Below are positions 39,601 through 53,557 of a stretch of DNA of 64,000 nucleotides, piece by piece; position 1 is the first letter of the stretch, and the number at the start of each line of letters is the position of its first letter. Made by a program: the position numbers and the translations under genes. The notes under the pieces are model-generated. The model had not been told where the DNA came from and made no database searches. It was given only the letters and a program-made list of their open reading frames with translations. Source of the stretch: Cenococcum geophilum (taxonomy: Eukaryota). The DNA lies in NCBI GenBank assembly GCA_050273025.1, contig CP158635.1:27342001-27406000 (forward strand), read 5' to 3'.

Positions 39601-39961
39601 TGGGTTTAATATAGTGGCTAGTAAGGAATATCGTCTTACTATTATAGGTTCCTTAGAAGTATAAAGTAAGGTAACTCGTAGGCACGCTGCTTTTAGCAGC
39701 GCCTGTAGTATTACAGAGACGTAGAATTGGTCGTAGGCTAGGTATCGGTGGTAAAAAGGCGCAACGTAATGTCATGGGACGGGGCAGTGGCTACAAGACG
39801 TATGTATTCGAGGAGTCTACAAGACGTTGCGCGATCGATCGTAAGGGTCGAGGGCGTAAGGAGGTGATATACCTACGCGTAGCTGATATAAGCTGTACGC
39901 GAGGTGTACGTAAGAGCACGGGGCTCTCCTATAGAGGCCCCTGCGGTGGGGTTCCGTGACA
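33617..39961 (-). mobile_element. Gypsy-B full-length chromodomain LTR retrotransposon (6345 bp), among the least mutated layers
   Basis: 192-bp LTRs 33617-33808 and 39770-39961; TSD CCTTT (33612-33616, 39962-39966); PPT GAGGGGGGG beside the left LTR. I-D-C-G-A-T ~37890-37908; A-Y-L-D-D-I-L ~36678-36698; D-S-S-D-Y ~36205; G-H-P-G ~35450-35462; chromodomain E-E-W-T-V..I-I-D-S ~34220-34340. Confidence 0.97.
38038..38077 (-). promoter_or_regulatory. Putative -1 ribosomal frameshift signal at the Gypsy-B gag/pol junction
   Basis: Minus strand GGAAAAC, 5-nt spacer, then stem GTCCTAGCC / GGTTAGGAC with a 10-nt loop, just upstream of the protease. Confidence 0.65.
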
Positions 39962-42854
39962 CCTTTCTTAAGTAGTCCGTTAATCTCTTTACGTCGTAAG
40001 GCCGTGAACGGGGCTTCCTATACTAGAACTAATATATCCGTATACAGAGATTGCCTTACGGGTATACCTGCGGAGCTTGCGGATATGCTTATAGAGCTTA
40101 CGGATATGCCTATGGAGGTTATATAGTTCTCCGTTATAGAGTTCTTGTTTACGGAGTGCTTCTAGGGGCGTCCTTAACCGCGCTTTATAGTCGGCTTAAT
40201 AGGTTTAATAAGTTCCTTAGGGACTTCTAGGGTAGACGGGGGTGCTTCTAATTCGTCTGGTTTGGCGGTTGCTTCTAGTTCGTCTAGCTTAACGTCGTAG
40301 GTGTTTTTAGGCCAAAAGTAGGGTTTTACGGACGTGCTTCTAAACCTAGTTGGCCCATTAGGGAGCTATACGTAGTACGTCTCGTTTTCCACAGCTAGTA
40401 AACGGTAGGGTCCGGTTTACTTGCCGCTTTTACGCCATATAAGGACTTTAGAGTTAAGCGGGAGGTCGTATACTAAGGTTGTGTTAGGTCCGTTGCGGTA
40501 GTGTAGGGCGTTATTAACAGTTTGTTTAGCCCGTAGTTTAACTATCTCGGCTATTACCTTCCGTATTATAGCTGCTCGTTCCGTAATAGACGGGGCAGGA
40601 GGATCTAAATTGCTTATCCTTAGGTAGGCTCCGTAGACTAAAAGGGTAGGTACTAGTCCATCTGGGCCAGCGGTGTCGTTAATAGCTTTTACGGCCATTT
40701 ATAGAGCTAGTTCCTTTTAGGTGTTTTTATATTCGTCTATAATAATCTAGTAAGCTCTTTATAAGGCTAGGTAAGCTCGCTTAATAAGCCCAATAGACTA
40801 GTACGCCTTAACTAGAACAGCTTTTGTTAATATAGCTATAGCCATAGCATACTGCTAGAATTCCTTACTAATAAAGTTCCTACCGGCGTTGTGGGTGATA
40901 TACGTAGGGGGTCTAACGTATATATTAATCCAGTAGGTCCGTAGAATATCCTAGGTGTACTTTGCGGATATATTTTATAACTAACGGGCGGCTTAATAGT
41001 GGGTTACCTTATTAATTATATGTAGTACTAGGCTGCCGTTAATATACATAATATCTATATACACTAAATGGTTAAAGTTAAGATCCTTATAAAGGGTAAA
41101 CTTAAATCGGCCTGGAGAACGTCCATATTTCTGGCAGTAGGAGCAGTATTTAGTTAAGTGGTTAATTACCTTTCTATTAATGTCGTCGTGTCTAGAGCGT
41201 TTAAGGACTCTATACAGCTTTTCGGCTAACGGGTGGCCGAAACGGCGGTGTAGGCGGTAGATCTTAGTACTAGTAAGGTAATATGGGTTATAGTTAAAAG
41301 ACTCTTAAATATACGTCCGTAAGGTCTCTTCCTATATAAGGAACGGGTATCCAAATCGTCGTGTAATTGGTAGGGTAATGTGTTTACTTTCTAGGGCAGT
41401 TACTGGGCTAATTAGGGTGTCCGTAACGTTATTGTAGTATACCTATAACCTGTCCATATCTACAAGACAGAGTAGGAAGGGGGTGTCTACTTTTACTATG
41501 TGGAATTTAACTAGGCCAATTGGAGTCTTAACTATAATTAATCTAATTAATGCGGTTAAGCCAATGCTGAACTAGACGTTTACGGCCCTAGTCTGCGTAG
41601 TATTAGTATCCGCATTATTATTTATGGTGGCCTTATATATAAGGTATTGCCCATAGCCTACGGTAAACTTCTTAGAGGCACCTATGTTAATTATAACGCT
41701 ATAGAATTCCTTGGGGGTATAGCGTTCTATAGTAATATATGCAAATGGGTCCTATTTATAGTCCGTAATGTCCGTAACGGGGGTACTTACGGAATAGTTT
41801 TTGGGCGTAACTAAGTGTATAAAGGAACGGTCGGCTAATATGGTTGTAATATTAAAGGCTTAGCTGTCCGTAAAAGGTCCGAAAGTGGTTAGGAATGTTT
41901 CTGAGGTCTCTTATTCCTAAGCGTCTAATTTAAAGTTAATTATAAGGGCTTCTATTAACTTATTAGGGGGCTCTTCTACTTTCTCTCCTTCGTATTCTAA
42001 AATAAACTGGTTAATACGGTTATTAAGTCTCTTCCTAGACTTATTACGTTCTTCCTGGGTATACCTTATAGACTAACATCCTTCTTTACCGCATATAAAG
42101 CACTTCTGGCTAGTTTGTCTGTGGGGGTATATTTTCGTACGGGGGTTGCTATGGGGGTTACGGGTAGGACTTGGTTGGTATAGGTGCTGCTAGCAGTAGC
42201 GGCGGTCCGTAAAGTAGACGTCTAAGTCTATTTGCGGATATTAAATATCTATAGTAAAGGCTTAAGTGTTGCCTGGTGGGTTTAAGACTTTGTACATTAT
42301 AATAGAGGAGCGTAGATCGTTAATAAGGCCAGCTAAGGTATCTATAGGCTTGTAATAGGCGTACTTGTAGGGCTCTACTTCCTAACAGGCCGTAATAAGT
42401 TTATTATACAGGAAGTCGTTTGTTTAAAGCTTGGCGTTAAGGCCGTGCTATAGATGCCGGAGGTCCTTAATAAGTATTTGCAGACACTCTATAATTGATT
42501 TTTCGGTATTCTTGTTAATTACGGTCCGTAGCTTAGTCGCATTCTATTAGGTAAAGATATTACGCTTATATTCTAGTCCTTTAAAGTAGTTATATGTAGC
42601 TTTATATAGCTTATTAAAGGGAACACTAAGGGGTTTGTTTTTAAGGTTGGTATAGTAGTGGTTAAGGGCTAGGCCGCGTAGTATGGTTAAGTAGGCTTGG
42701 CTAAGTGCCTATTTAGGAATATTAGCCTTCTAACAGAGGTCCGTAAAGATGGTTAGTTTAAAGTTAAAATTATCGTTTTTACCGCTGTATTTAGACTTGT
42801 CGGTATAGAGCTTAGCTAGGTTAGCTAGCTCCTTACTATAGGTCTTTACTTAGG

Positions 42855-43010
42855 TAGGTTGCGGATCTATAACTTGCGGATTTGTAGCTTGCGGATATAT
42901 AGCTTACGAATTTATAGCTTATGGATATATGGCTTGCGGATCTATAGCTTGCGGATATATGGCTTACGGATCTGTAGCTTATGGATATATAGCTTGCGGA
43001 TCTATGGCTT
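42855..43010 (-). repeat. 15-bp tandem repeat (~10 units, TTGCGGATCTATAGC) encoding A/P-x-D-P-Q pentapeptides in Copia-2 gag
   Basis: Periodicity is directly visible; a shorter homologous array lies at ~46383-46445. Confidence 0.85.
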
Positions 43011-44998
43011 AAATAACGGAAGTAATCTGGTCCGTATTTTGGGTTATAGGGGTATTATAGTCTATAGCTTGGGTATTAGGTATATTTTAGCCAGTAAGGT
43101 TAGTTCTAAAGCCGCTTATATTTATAGGATGAATTTAATTAAGTAGGTTAGGTATAAGGCTAGCAATTACATTAAGTTTAGGATAAGTAAAGAGTTCCTT
43201 AGTAGTGTTATACTCGTCTAGGAGTTCTTCCTTAATCTATTCTGTTTAGTCCTCCTTATGTGTTATATTATATAGGGACTGTGCAATAGTAACTCGTTTA
43301 TTCCTTTTAACCCATACGCCTTAGTTACGTAGGAGGGTCCATAGGTTGCGGATAGTGGTAGGGTTGTATACTTTAAAGATAGCCTCTGTAAAGTCCGCGA
43401 AGTCCTCCTAATATTGCTTCTATAGGTTAACGTTTATAAACTTAAAGTATCCGTACTTAAGGGTTTTAAATTTAATATAGTTGTTAATATTAGGTATAGA
43501 CGTAAGGTTAACTCTCTACCTCTACTTATCCTAATCTTTATTGACTTACTTTCTAATATCTGCTATGCTTATATAGGGTAGTACATAGCGGGTGGAAGGG
43601 TCTTATAGTTGTCCGTAAAGGTGGTTAATAGGTCCGTAACGGTTTATAGAAGGGTAAGAGGTCTCTATAAGGGGTTAGAGAGGAGGCCGGGGTATTAAGG
43701 TAGGGTGTAGTAAGGGTCGGGGTTTAAGGTAGTCGCGTTAACTACTAGTACAGTGGTTAATATATCTAATTAAGGTGGAGCGTAAACGTCTTCTAAAACC
43801 AGGGTAGATTTAGGGTAGTTCTAGATAAGGTGGAGCGTCAGACATCTTCTAAATCTAGAGTACTTTAATTCTCTTTAACTAAAATAGGGGCTTACAAGGT
43901 GGAGCGTAAATGTCTTTTAAGCAAGTGCGTATTTCCTAATCTGTGCGCGCTTACTGATTAATGTTAGTACTAATTTAATAGTATAAGTTGTGTCTAGGGG
44001 CACGAAATACGTTTAGTATTGTATGCTTATTTAGACGGTGGTAACTGACTCTTATATTAAAGCAGACTACGGGGTCTATATACTAATGCGCCTCCCCTAA
44101 TTAGTTAGTGCCTTGTAAGCAGATGGTTGGTATACTAACGCGTAAGTAGTGGTTGGTACACCGAACGCGTAAACGTGTACTTGGTGTACTAAGCGCGTAA
44201 GCACGCGGCTTGTACAATTGGTGCTGTAATCAGACAATAAGTATTATTCTATAATTATATTTATAATATTAGTTTAACTATCTATCTTTAGATAAAATAT
44301 AGTTAAGAGTTATATTTATATACTTAATTATTTATATAAGGCTTACTAGAAGTCTAAAACGAACTAGCTTCTATAGTTAAATATTATTAAATTAGAAAGT
44401 CTGTATAGCTTAAAGACATACTTAATAAAATATTTAGCTACTAATATTATATTAATTAAGTCTATAAGAATTATATATCGCATTTTTATAAAATAGTTAA
44501 TAACTACTATAATATTTATAAACCTATTACTATTAGGTAAGTTAACTATAAAGTTAATTAAGATATCTTACTATCTTTATATTAGAATTAGTAACGGTTA
44601 AAGTACTTCTTACTTCTTTATATAAGAGGTCTTCTTATATACGCATATTCTATATACTTAAATATATTTTTATATATAGTTATATATTATAGGCCAGTAA
44701 TATACTTATTAAATAATCTTATAGGTCTTTATATAGCTAAAATGCCCTACTATAGGGGAATTATATATAAATTTAAGTATCTTAAATTATAAGGGTTTAG
44801 AATTTAGGACTATTATCTTCTATTAATAGTATAACCAATTATTACAGATTTTGTATTTAGCAAGTATAATATCCTTATATTACTATTTCCCTATTTAAAT
44901 TGCTTTTATTATATTTACTATCTAGGGGTTATTCTTATATTTATACTCTATTAATTTATTAATTTTTATATCCTACTTATTAATTTCCAATTTATTCC

Positions 44999-47900
44999 TG
45001 TATAATTATAGCACCTGTTATACCAAACGCGTGCTTACGCGTTCGGTACACTAGGTACGTGTTTACGCGTTTAGTGTACCAACCACTCGCTTACGCGTCT
45101 GGTGCACTTATAAAGCACTAACTAATTAGGGGGGAGGTGCATTAGTATATAGACCACGTAGTCTGCTTTATATAATTAACAGTTACTATCTAAACAAGCA
45201 TACAATACTACATATATTTCGTGCCCGTGGATACAACTTACTCGTGCTATTAAGTTAGTACGAATACTGATTAGTGAGCGCGCATAGATTAGGAGATACG
45301 CACTTACTTAGAAGACGTCCAACGCTCTACCTTACAAGCCCCTATTTTAGTTAAAGAGAATTAAAGTACTCTAGATTTAGAAGACGTCTGACGCTCTACC
45401 TTACCTAGAATTACCTTGAATCTACCCTAGTTTTAGAAGACGTTTACGCTCCACCTTAATTAGAGATATTAACTACTATACTAGTAGTTAACGCGACTAC
45501 GTTAAGAACACAATTATACTAAGAACGCGACCACTATACCCTACTAAAATACCCTGGCTTTCTCTCTGACCCCTTACAGAGACCTTTTACCCTTTTACGA
45601 ACCGTTACAGACCCGTTAATTACTTTTACGGACCGTTATAGAGACCTCTTACCCTCCTGCGAACTACTACGGACCTATTAAGACCCTATAGAGACCCTCT
45701 TACCCTTCTACGAACCGTTATAGGCCCGTTAACCGATTTTACGGACCCTTATAAGACCTCTTCCACCCGCTATGTACTACACTATACTATATAGTATAGT
45801 AGATATTAGTAAGCAGGTTAATAAAGGTTAAAAGAAGTAAAGATAAGGAGTTAACGTTACGTCTATAGATGACGTTAATAACTATATTAAATTTAAAATC
45901 CTTAAGTACGAATACTTTAAGCTTATAAACGTCGACCTATAGGAGTAATACTAGGAAGACTTTGCGGACTTTATAGAAGCCATCTTTAAGGAATGTAACC
46001 CCACTACTATCCATAACCTACGGACCCTTTTACGTAACTAAGTCGTATGGGTTAAAAGGAATAAATGGGTTACTGTTATACGGTTTTTGTATAATATAAT
46101 ACATAAGGAGGATTAAACGGAATGGACTAAGGAAGAAATCCTAGACGAGTATAATACTACTAAGGAACTCTTTACTTCTTCCAAACTTAATATAATTACT
46201 AGCCTTATACCTAACCCTCTTAACTAAATTCGTCCTATAAACCTAAGCAGTTTTAGAATTAATCTTACTAGCTAAAGTATACCCAGTACTTATGTTACGG
46301 ACCGTAATACCCCCGTAACCCAAATTATGGACTATAATACCCCTGCGAACCAAAATATGGACTAAACCCCTCCTATTATTTAAACTATAGATCCGTAACC
46401 TATATATCTATAACCTATAAATCCGCAAGCTATAGACCTATAAACTACCTAAGTAAAGACCTATGGTAAGGAGCTAGCTAACCTAGTTAAGCTCTATACC
46501 GACGAATTTAAGTATAGCGGTAAAAATAATAATTTTAACTTTAAACTAACCATCTTTACGGACCTCTATTAGAAGCCTAATATTCCTAAATAGGAGTTTA
46601 GCTAAGCCTACTCTACCATACTGCGCGGCTTAGTACTTAACTATTACTATACTAACCTTAAGAGCAACCCCCTTGGTGTTCCCTTTGATAAGCTATACGA
46701 AGCTATATATAACTACTTTAAAGGACCGGAATATAGGCGTGATATCCTTACTTAATGGAATGCGACTAAGTTACGGACCGTAATAGATAAGAATACTAAA
46801 AAATTAACTATAGAGTGCCTATAAATCCTTATTAAAGACCTTCGCCACCTATAGCACGGTCTTAATACTAAGCTTTAAATGGACAACTTCTTATATAACA
46901 AACTAATTACGGCCTGCTAGGAAATGGAACCCTATAAATACGCCTGTTATAAGCCCGTAGACACTATAGCTAGCCTTATTAACGATTTATAGTCCTCCAT
47001 TACAACATATAAAGCCTTAAACCCGCTAGGTAGTACTTAAGCTTTTATTATAGACCTGCAAAATCCGCAACCTAATTTAGATGCCTACTTTACGGACCGC
47101 CGATACCGCTAGCAGTATCCGTATCGACTAGGTTCTACCCGCAACCTCTATAGTAACTCCTGTACAAAAGCATATCCCCGCAGACGAACTAGTTAGAAGT
47201 ACTTTATGTGTAGTAAGAAAGGATATTAGTTTATAAGGTATACCTAGGAAGAACGTAATAAGTCTAGGAAGAGACTTAATAACCAGATTAACTAGTTTAT
47301 TTTAGAATATAAAGAAAAGAAAGTAGAGGAGCCCCCTGACGAGTTAATAGAAGCCCTTATAATTAACTTTAACTTAAATGCTTAGGAATAGAAGACCTTA
47401 GAGATATTCCTAACTACTTTTAGACCTTTTACGGATAGTTAAGCCTTTAATACTATGACCGTATTAGCCGACCGCTCCTTTATATACTTAATTATACCCG
47501 AAAACTGGCCCATAAGTATACCCGTTAGACCCGTTATAGACATTATAGACCGTGAACAGGACCTATTTATATATATTACTACAGAACGCTATACCCCTAA
47601 AGAATTTTATAGCGTTATAATCGATATAGGTGCCTTTAAGAAGTCTACTGTAGGTTACGGATAATACCTTATATATAAGACTACCGTAAATTATAATACG
47701 GATATTAATACTATGCAAGCTGGGGCCGTAAACGTCTAATTTGGCATTAGTTTAACCGCATTAATTAGATTAGTTGTAGTTAAGACCCTAATTAGCCTAG
47801 TTAACTTCTATATAGTAAAAGCGGACACCCCTTTTTTACTCTGTTTTATAGATATGGATAGGTTATAGGTCTACTACAATAATATTATGGATATCTTAAC

Positions 47901-50900
47901 TAGCCCCGTAACTGCCCTAGGAAGTAAGTATATTACCCTACTAATTATACAACGATTTAGACACCCGTTCCTTATATAGGGAGAGACTTTACGGACCTAT
48001 ATTTAGGAATCTTTTGACTATAACCCGTGCTACCTTACCAGTACTAAAATCCACCGTTTGTACCGCCGTTTTGGCTACCTATTAGCTGAAAAGCTATATA
48101 GAGTTCTTAAACGCTCTGGATATGACGATGTTAATAGGAAGGTAATTAACCACCTAACTAAATACTGCTCTTTTTGCTAGAAATACGGACGTTCCCTAGG
48201 CAGATTTAAGTTCACCCTTTATAAGGACCTTAACTTTAACTACTTAGTGTATATAGATATTATGTACATTAATGGCAGTCTAGTATTATATATAGTTGAC
48301 AAGGTAACCCGCTATTAAGCCGCCCGTTAGTTGTAAAATATATCTATAAAATATACTTGGGATATTTTACGGACCTGCTGGATTGATATATACCTTAGAC
48401 CCCCTAAGTATATTACCTATGACGCTAGTAGGAACTTTATTAGTAAGGAATTCTAATAGTACGCTATGGCCATAGCTATTTTAACAAAAGCCGTTCTAGT
48501 TAAGGCGCACTAGTCTGTTGGACTTATTAAGTAAGCTTACCTAGCTTTACGGAGAGCTTACTAGATTATTATAGACGAGTGTAAGAATATCTAAAAAGAA
48601 CTGGCTTTATAGATGGCCGTAAAAGCCGTTAATGATACTACTAGCCCTAATGGACTGGTACCTACCCTCTTAGTCTACGGAGCCTACCTAAGGATAAGCA
48701 AACTGGACCCTTTTGCCCCGTCTGTTATAGATCAAGCAGCTGTAATATAAAAGGCAATAGCCGAAATAGTCAAATTACGGGCCAAATAAACTGTTAATAA
48801 TGCTCTGCACTACCGTAACGGACCTAATACAACCCTAGTATATAACCTCCCGCTTAACTCTAAAGTCCTTGTGTGGCGTAAAAGCGGCAATTGGACTGGA
48901 CCTTACCGTCTATTGGCCGTAAAAGATGAGACCTGCTATGTATAGCTCCCTAGCGGACCGACAAGCTTTAGAAGCACGTCCGTAAAACCCTATTTTCGGT
49001 CTAAAAATATCTATAACGTTAAGCTAGACGAACTAGAAGTACCCGCTGAATTAGATAAACTAGAAGTACCCTTACCTACCCTAGAGGTCCCCTAGAAACC
49101 TAATAAACCTATAAAACCTGCTGTAAAGCGTAGCTAAGGACGCCCCTATAAGAACCCCGTAATAGAGAATTACCTAACCTTTATAGGCACATCCGTAAAG
49201 CAATCTCCGTTTGTGGATATATTAGTTCTAGTATAGGAAACCCCTTTTACGGACTTATAACGTAAAGAGATTAACGGACTACTTAAGAAGGGCGTCTTTG
49301 CGGTTATAACGGAGAGAGACGTTCCGTAAGGCGTCCGTATATTTAACTCGCGCTTTATTAATAAAATTAAGCACCCTAGTACTAATAAAGCCTTTAAAAA
49401 GTTAAGGCTTGTTATATAAGCTTATAATAACTAGGGAAAGGACCTCGTCCTTACGCAATCGCCTATAATTTAATGGGTTAGTTAATGGATTATATTTGCG
49501 CTTATGCTGGGACTATAGCAAACTAAACCCGTAGCCCTCTACTTACGGGACATCTCGTAAGCCTATATATAGTCCAATATCTACCTAAGTAGGGACATCT
49601 TTATACGGCTACCGCTTAAGCTTAATCTGCAACTAGGAACAATTTTATAGGTTATAAAACCACTTTACAAAGTGCTGGAAGCTAGAAACCACTAATTTAA
49701 GATATACTACTAGCATTACGTTAGTAAGCTTAAAATGGAACAGTTGACCTATAACCCCTACCTCCTATACAGCCTATTAAACGGCCTTAGTATTATTAAA
49801 CTTTAAATAGATAATATCCTATTCTTAGCAGACTAGACCTTTACGGACGCTAAAGAAACTAAACTATAAAAGGCTAAGTTCCTAGCAAAGCCGTAAGAGT
49901 AATTAACTAAGTAGAATCTAATTAAGTTTAATAGAGGCCTAATTATATAAAAGGGTAACCTAATTAAGCTAACTTAGGAACGCTAAGCTTAAAACCTAAA
50001 GCTTGTTATAGTAAAGCCTATAAACCTTACTAGTTCCCGCGGAGAGACCCGTAAGACCGTAAATATAAAGGACTAATACGCTGTATAGCGTGTAAGAGGC
50101 GCCTATATTGCCATAGTTTGCTAACCCGAATTTACCTATAACTTATCCTTTGCGGCCCAGGCAGTAGATCCGTAAGAAAAAAATATTAAGCAGTTTAATA
50201 AGCATATTTAGTGGCAAATTGACAATACAGTAAGGGAATTTACTTTTATACCACTAGACCTAAATTCCCTTGGCCTACTAGCATTTATAGACGCCTCCTT
50301 TACTAATAATAAAGACCTATTATTATAAATTAGCTTTATAATTGTACTTACGGACCGCAATTAGGACGTAAATATACTGTATTAGTCTTTAATTAAGTGC
50401 AAATAAGTAACCCGTAGTGTACTAGCTTCTAAACTATATATACTAGCTTATGGATTTAATATAGCAGCTGCAATTAAATTAACGGTCTAGAAGATTCTAT
50501 AACTGGAGTAGTTACCCCTAGTTTTATATACCGATTTAAAGTCCCTTTATAACTGCCTAGTTAAACTAGGTACAATATAAGAGAAGAGACTTATAGTCGA
50601 CTTAATGTGCTTACGTTAGGCCTATAAACGACGTAAGATTATAAAGGTTAAATAAATTAGTAGCGAAGACAATCTAGCGGACGCTATAACTAAGGTAAAG
50701 CTATATTAAGCCCTTAAAACCTTAATTAATATAAATAAGCTTAACCTAAAAGTTATAAAATGGGTAGAATGGGACTAATAGAGCACCTATAGTATGTCTA
50801 CGGCCCGTTAGAAGGCCGTACGGCTCGTTATACGGTATAGGTAGAAAACGGCGGAAAGCTATGGTGGAACTTAGTAGACTTACGTAACCTGCCGAATTTT

Positions 50901-51480
50901 GTAGGGTGGTTAAATTAACCAATCACGATTTTCCATCCCCGGGATAGAAAATTGCTATTGGTTCGCTTAGTACTAGCGCCTTAGCGGCCCTCAAAATCTG
51001 ACTTATGGCTCGTCTACTGCCCGTTAAAAGGCCGTACGGTTTATTTTACGGACTATAAGCAGAACTTACAGCTAGCTTGGGGTACCGTTTAGAAGGCAGC
51101 CTAGACAGCACCTTAGGGAGATTTCCTATATATTTTCCTTTATATTTTATAGTTTTATTAAAGCAATTACGGAGGCTGTATATAGGTGGTTTCATTTTTC
51201 AAGTACTACTAGTGTATAATTATAGCACCTGTTATACTAAACGCGTGCTTACGCGTTCGGTACACCAGGTACGCGTTTACGCGTTTAGTGCACTAACCAC
51301 TTACTTACGCGTCTGGTGCACTTATGAAGCACTAACTAATTAGGGGGGAGGTGCATCAGTATATAGACCACGTAGTCTGCTTTATATAATTAATAGTCAC
51401 CATCTAAACAAGCATACGATACTATATGTATTTCGTGCCCGTGGATACGACTTACTCGTGCTATTAAGTTAGTACGAACA
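44999..51480 (+). mobile_element. Copia-2 full-length copy (6482 bp)
   Basis: 268-bp LTRs 44999-45266 and 51213-51480; TSD ATTCC (44994-44998, 51481-51485). C-F-V-C-G-K-E-G-C ~47200; I-D-T-G-A ~47620; H-R-R-F-G-H-P ~48060; L-Q-T-D-D ~49801; F-T-D-A-S-F-A-N-N ~50284. Confidence 0.96.
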
Positions 51481-53557
51481 ATTCCTATTAAGCTCCATAT
51501 TTAAAAATATAAGGCGTAGTTTCTTAAAGTATTTAGGGGGTAGTAAAATTCGCGATTAATTTATAATCTATTTATTAGAGGCATTTATAAGTAAGTCCTA
51601 TAATTATTATATTAATAAATTAGGCTTCTAATTAAGTTTACTAGATTAGTATATAATCTTAAAGTTAAATTATAAAAGGTATTCGGCCTAATAAATTTAG
51701 CACTATATTAATTACTTTATAGTTATAAAGTACTATAGGTTTTTATAGTCTATTAATATATATATTAGGAATAACAATTCTTTAAGTTCTAAACGCTATT
51801 ATTTAAAGCATTTAATAATTATAAGTATATATCTTATAGTTTAATTTAATAGGGGTAAGTTTTTAAAAGAGAAAGACTACTAGGCATAGCTTACTATTCT
51901 TATTATATTATAATAATACTCCTCCTAGTATATAATTAGATAAGTTTATTTTAATAATATATTTAAGATCTAAATTAAAGTAGGTAAGAATTAAAGCAGT
52001 TATAAAATAGTATTTTAGGTCGTTAAAAGCTTATTTATATTTAATAGTCTATTTAAATCTTATATTCTTCCTTATTAAGTTTACTAATAGCTAAATAATT
52101 TTTAAGAAGTAATTAATAAATTAATAGTAGAAATTTATAAATCTTAGAAATCCTTAAATATCTTATATACTACTAGGATTTTCCTAGTTTATAATTATAG
52201 CGATTTTCTTAGGATTTATTTTAATTCTATTATAGGATATAATTAGGCCTAAGTACGTAACTTTAGACGTATAGAACTTATATTTCTTAATATTATATTA
52301 TAAGTCCGCGTCTTATAGGCGTTTAAAAACCATTTAAATATACTTCTAATACTTAAAAAGTAAAAATAAGTAGATTAAGATATTATTAATATACGCGGTA
52401 ATAAATATATTAAGGAATTCGCAAAGCGTATTATTAATATATTACTAAAATATACTAAAACCGTTTTTTACACTAAATAATATTACTTAGTATTTAAAAG
52501 TCCCTATTATATACGGAAAGCTATATACTTTTTATCTCCTTTATAAGCACGGATTTAATTAAAGGCAGTAACTACGTTAAGCTTTATAAAGTATTATACT
52601 TTCGCTAAATAATTAAGCGTTTCTTAAAATAAAGAAATTAGATATTAGTTTTAAATTATAATTATATTTAGGGCTTAATAATTAATATAGAACCTTAAGC
52701 CTTCTCTAGGTTTCTTAATAAATAGTAATTAACTAAGGTAAATAAATCCTTTCTCTAGGTGCTCTTTAAGGTATTATTATATTATAAGTAGCTCTTCTTA
52801 TAATATACCGTATAACGGGCCAAACTTTAGTATTATACTAGGTTTAAGTTCTATTTTAAAATAATACTTATCTTAATATAGGGGTAGTTAGTTTATAAAT
52901 TATTTCTTAAATATATTAATTAGATTATAATATTCTTTAGGTATAAGAGTGTTGGTTACACAAGGGGGATATCACATAGCTACGGTTCGTAGATAGTATA
53001 ATAATTATTATTCTTATTAATTGATTCTTATAAAGAAAGGGGGAAGGCGAGGAACCTTAAGTTCCTCGCTACGGTAGTGCCGCGGCAACACGTAATAATA
53101 TATAACGACCGCTTGCCTTATTCCTAATACTAGCAACTCTTCTTTTATAGTTACCATCTATATATACTTATAGATTGCCATTATATAAAGATACAAAGCT
53201 AAGGAAAAGAAGAAGATAAAAAAGGATATTAGGTTTAACGAGAATATAAAGGGAGTCGCTAAGGCGCTAGTAGTAAGCGAGCTAATAGCGATTTTCCATG
53301 CCGGGCATGGAAAATCCTAATTAGCTAGCAGAAGTTAGGGTCGGCAGAGTATAGTAGGAATTTAGTAGGTAGTACGCCCTAGGAAACTGTGTCGTTAAAA
53401 TAGGGTTGCGGAGCTAGCGGAGCGTAACTGGATACGGCTAGCTCGAGCAAATAGGAACGACAGTCGACCAATAGGAATGCTCTTAAATTGCCTTTGTCAT
53501 CGCATCTGCCGGGTTATCTTAGCCACTAATCCATCGAATCCCAAAGAGTTCTTAATG

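Larger units (their letters stand above)
31602..44236 (-). mobile_element. Copia-2 full-length LTR retrotransposon (GalEa-like), interrupted by Gypsy-B
   Basis: 275-bp LTRs 31602-31876 and 43962-44236; TSD ATAAG (31597-31601, 44237-44241). I-D-T-G-A ~41680; L-H-R-R-F-G-H-P ~41230-41255; G-L-Q-T-D-D-T-L ~33085-33108; F-T-D-A-S-F-A-N-N ~32595-32620. Confidence 0.96.

Noticed and set aside
40417..40698. Sense-frame ORF fragments (40417..40698 integrase, 13262..13486 LINE RT, 47455..47664 protease) as functional CDS
   Set aside because: Genuine TE protein pieces, but bounded by RIP-generated stops, so pseudogenic.
42859..43146. (LRIYS)n ORF
   Set aside because: Antisense reading of the 15-bp gag repeat.
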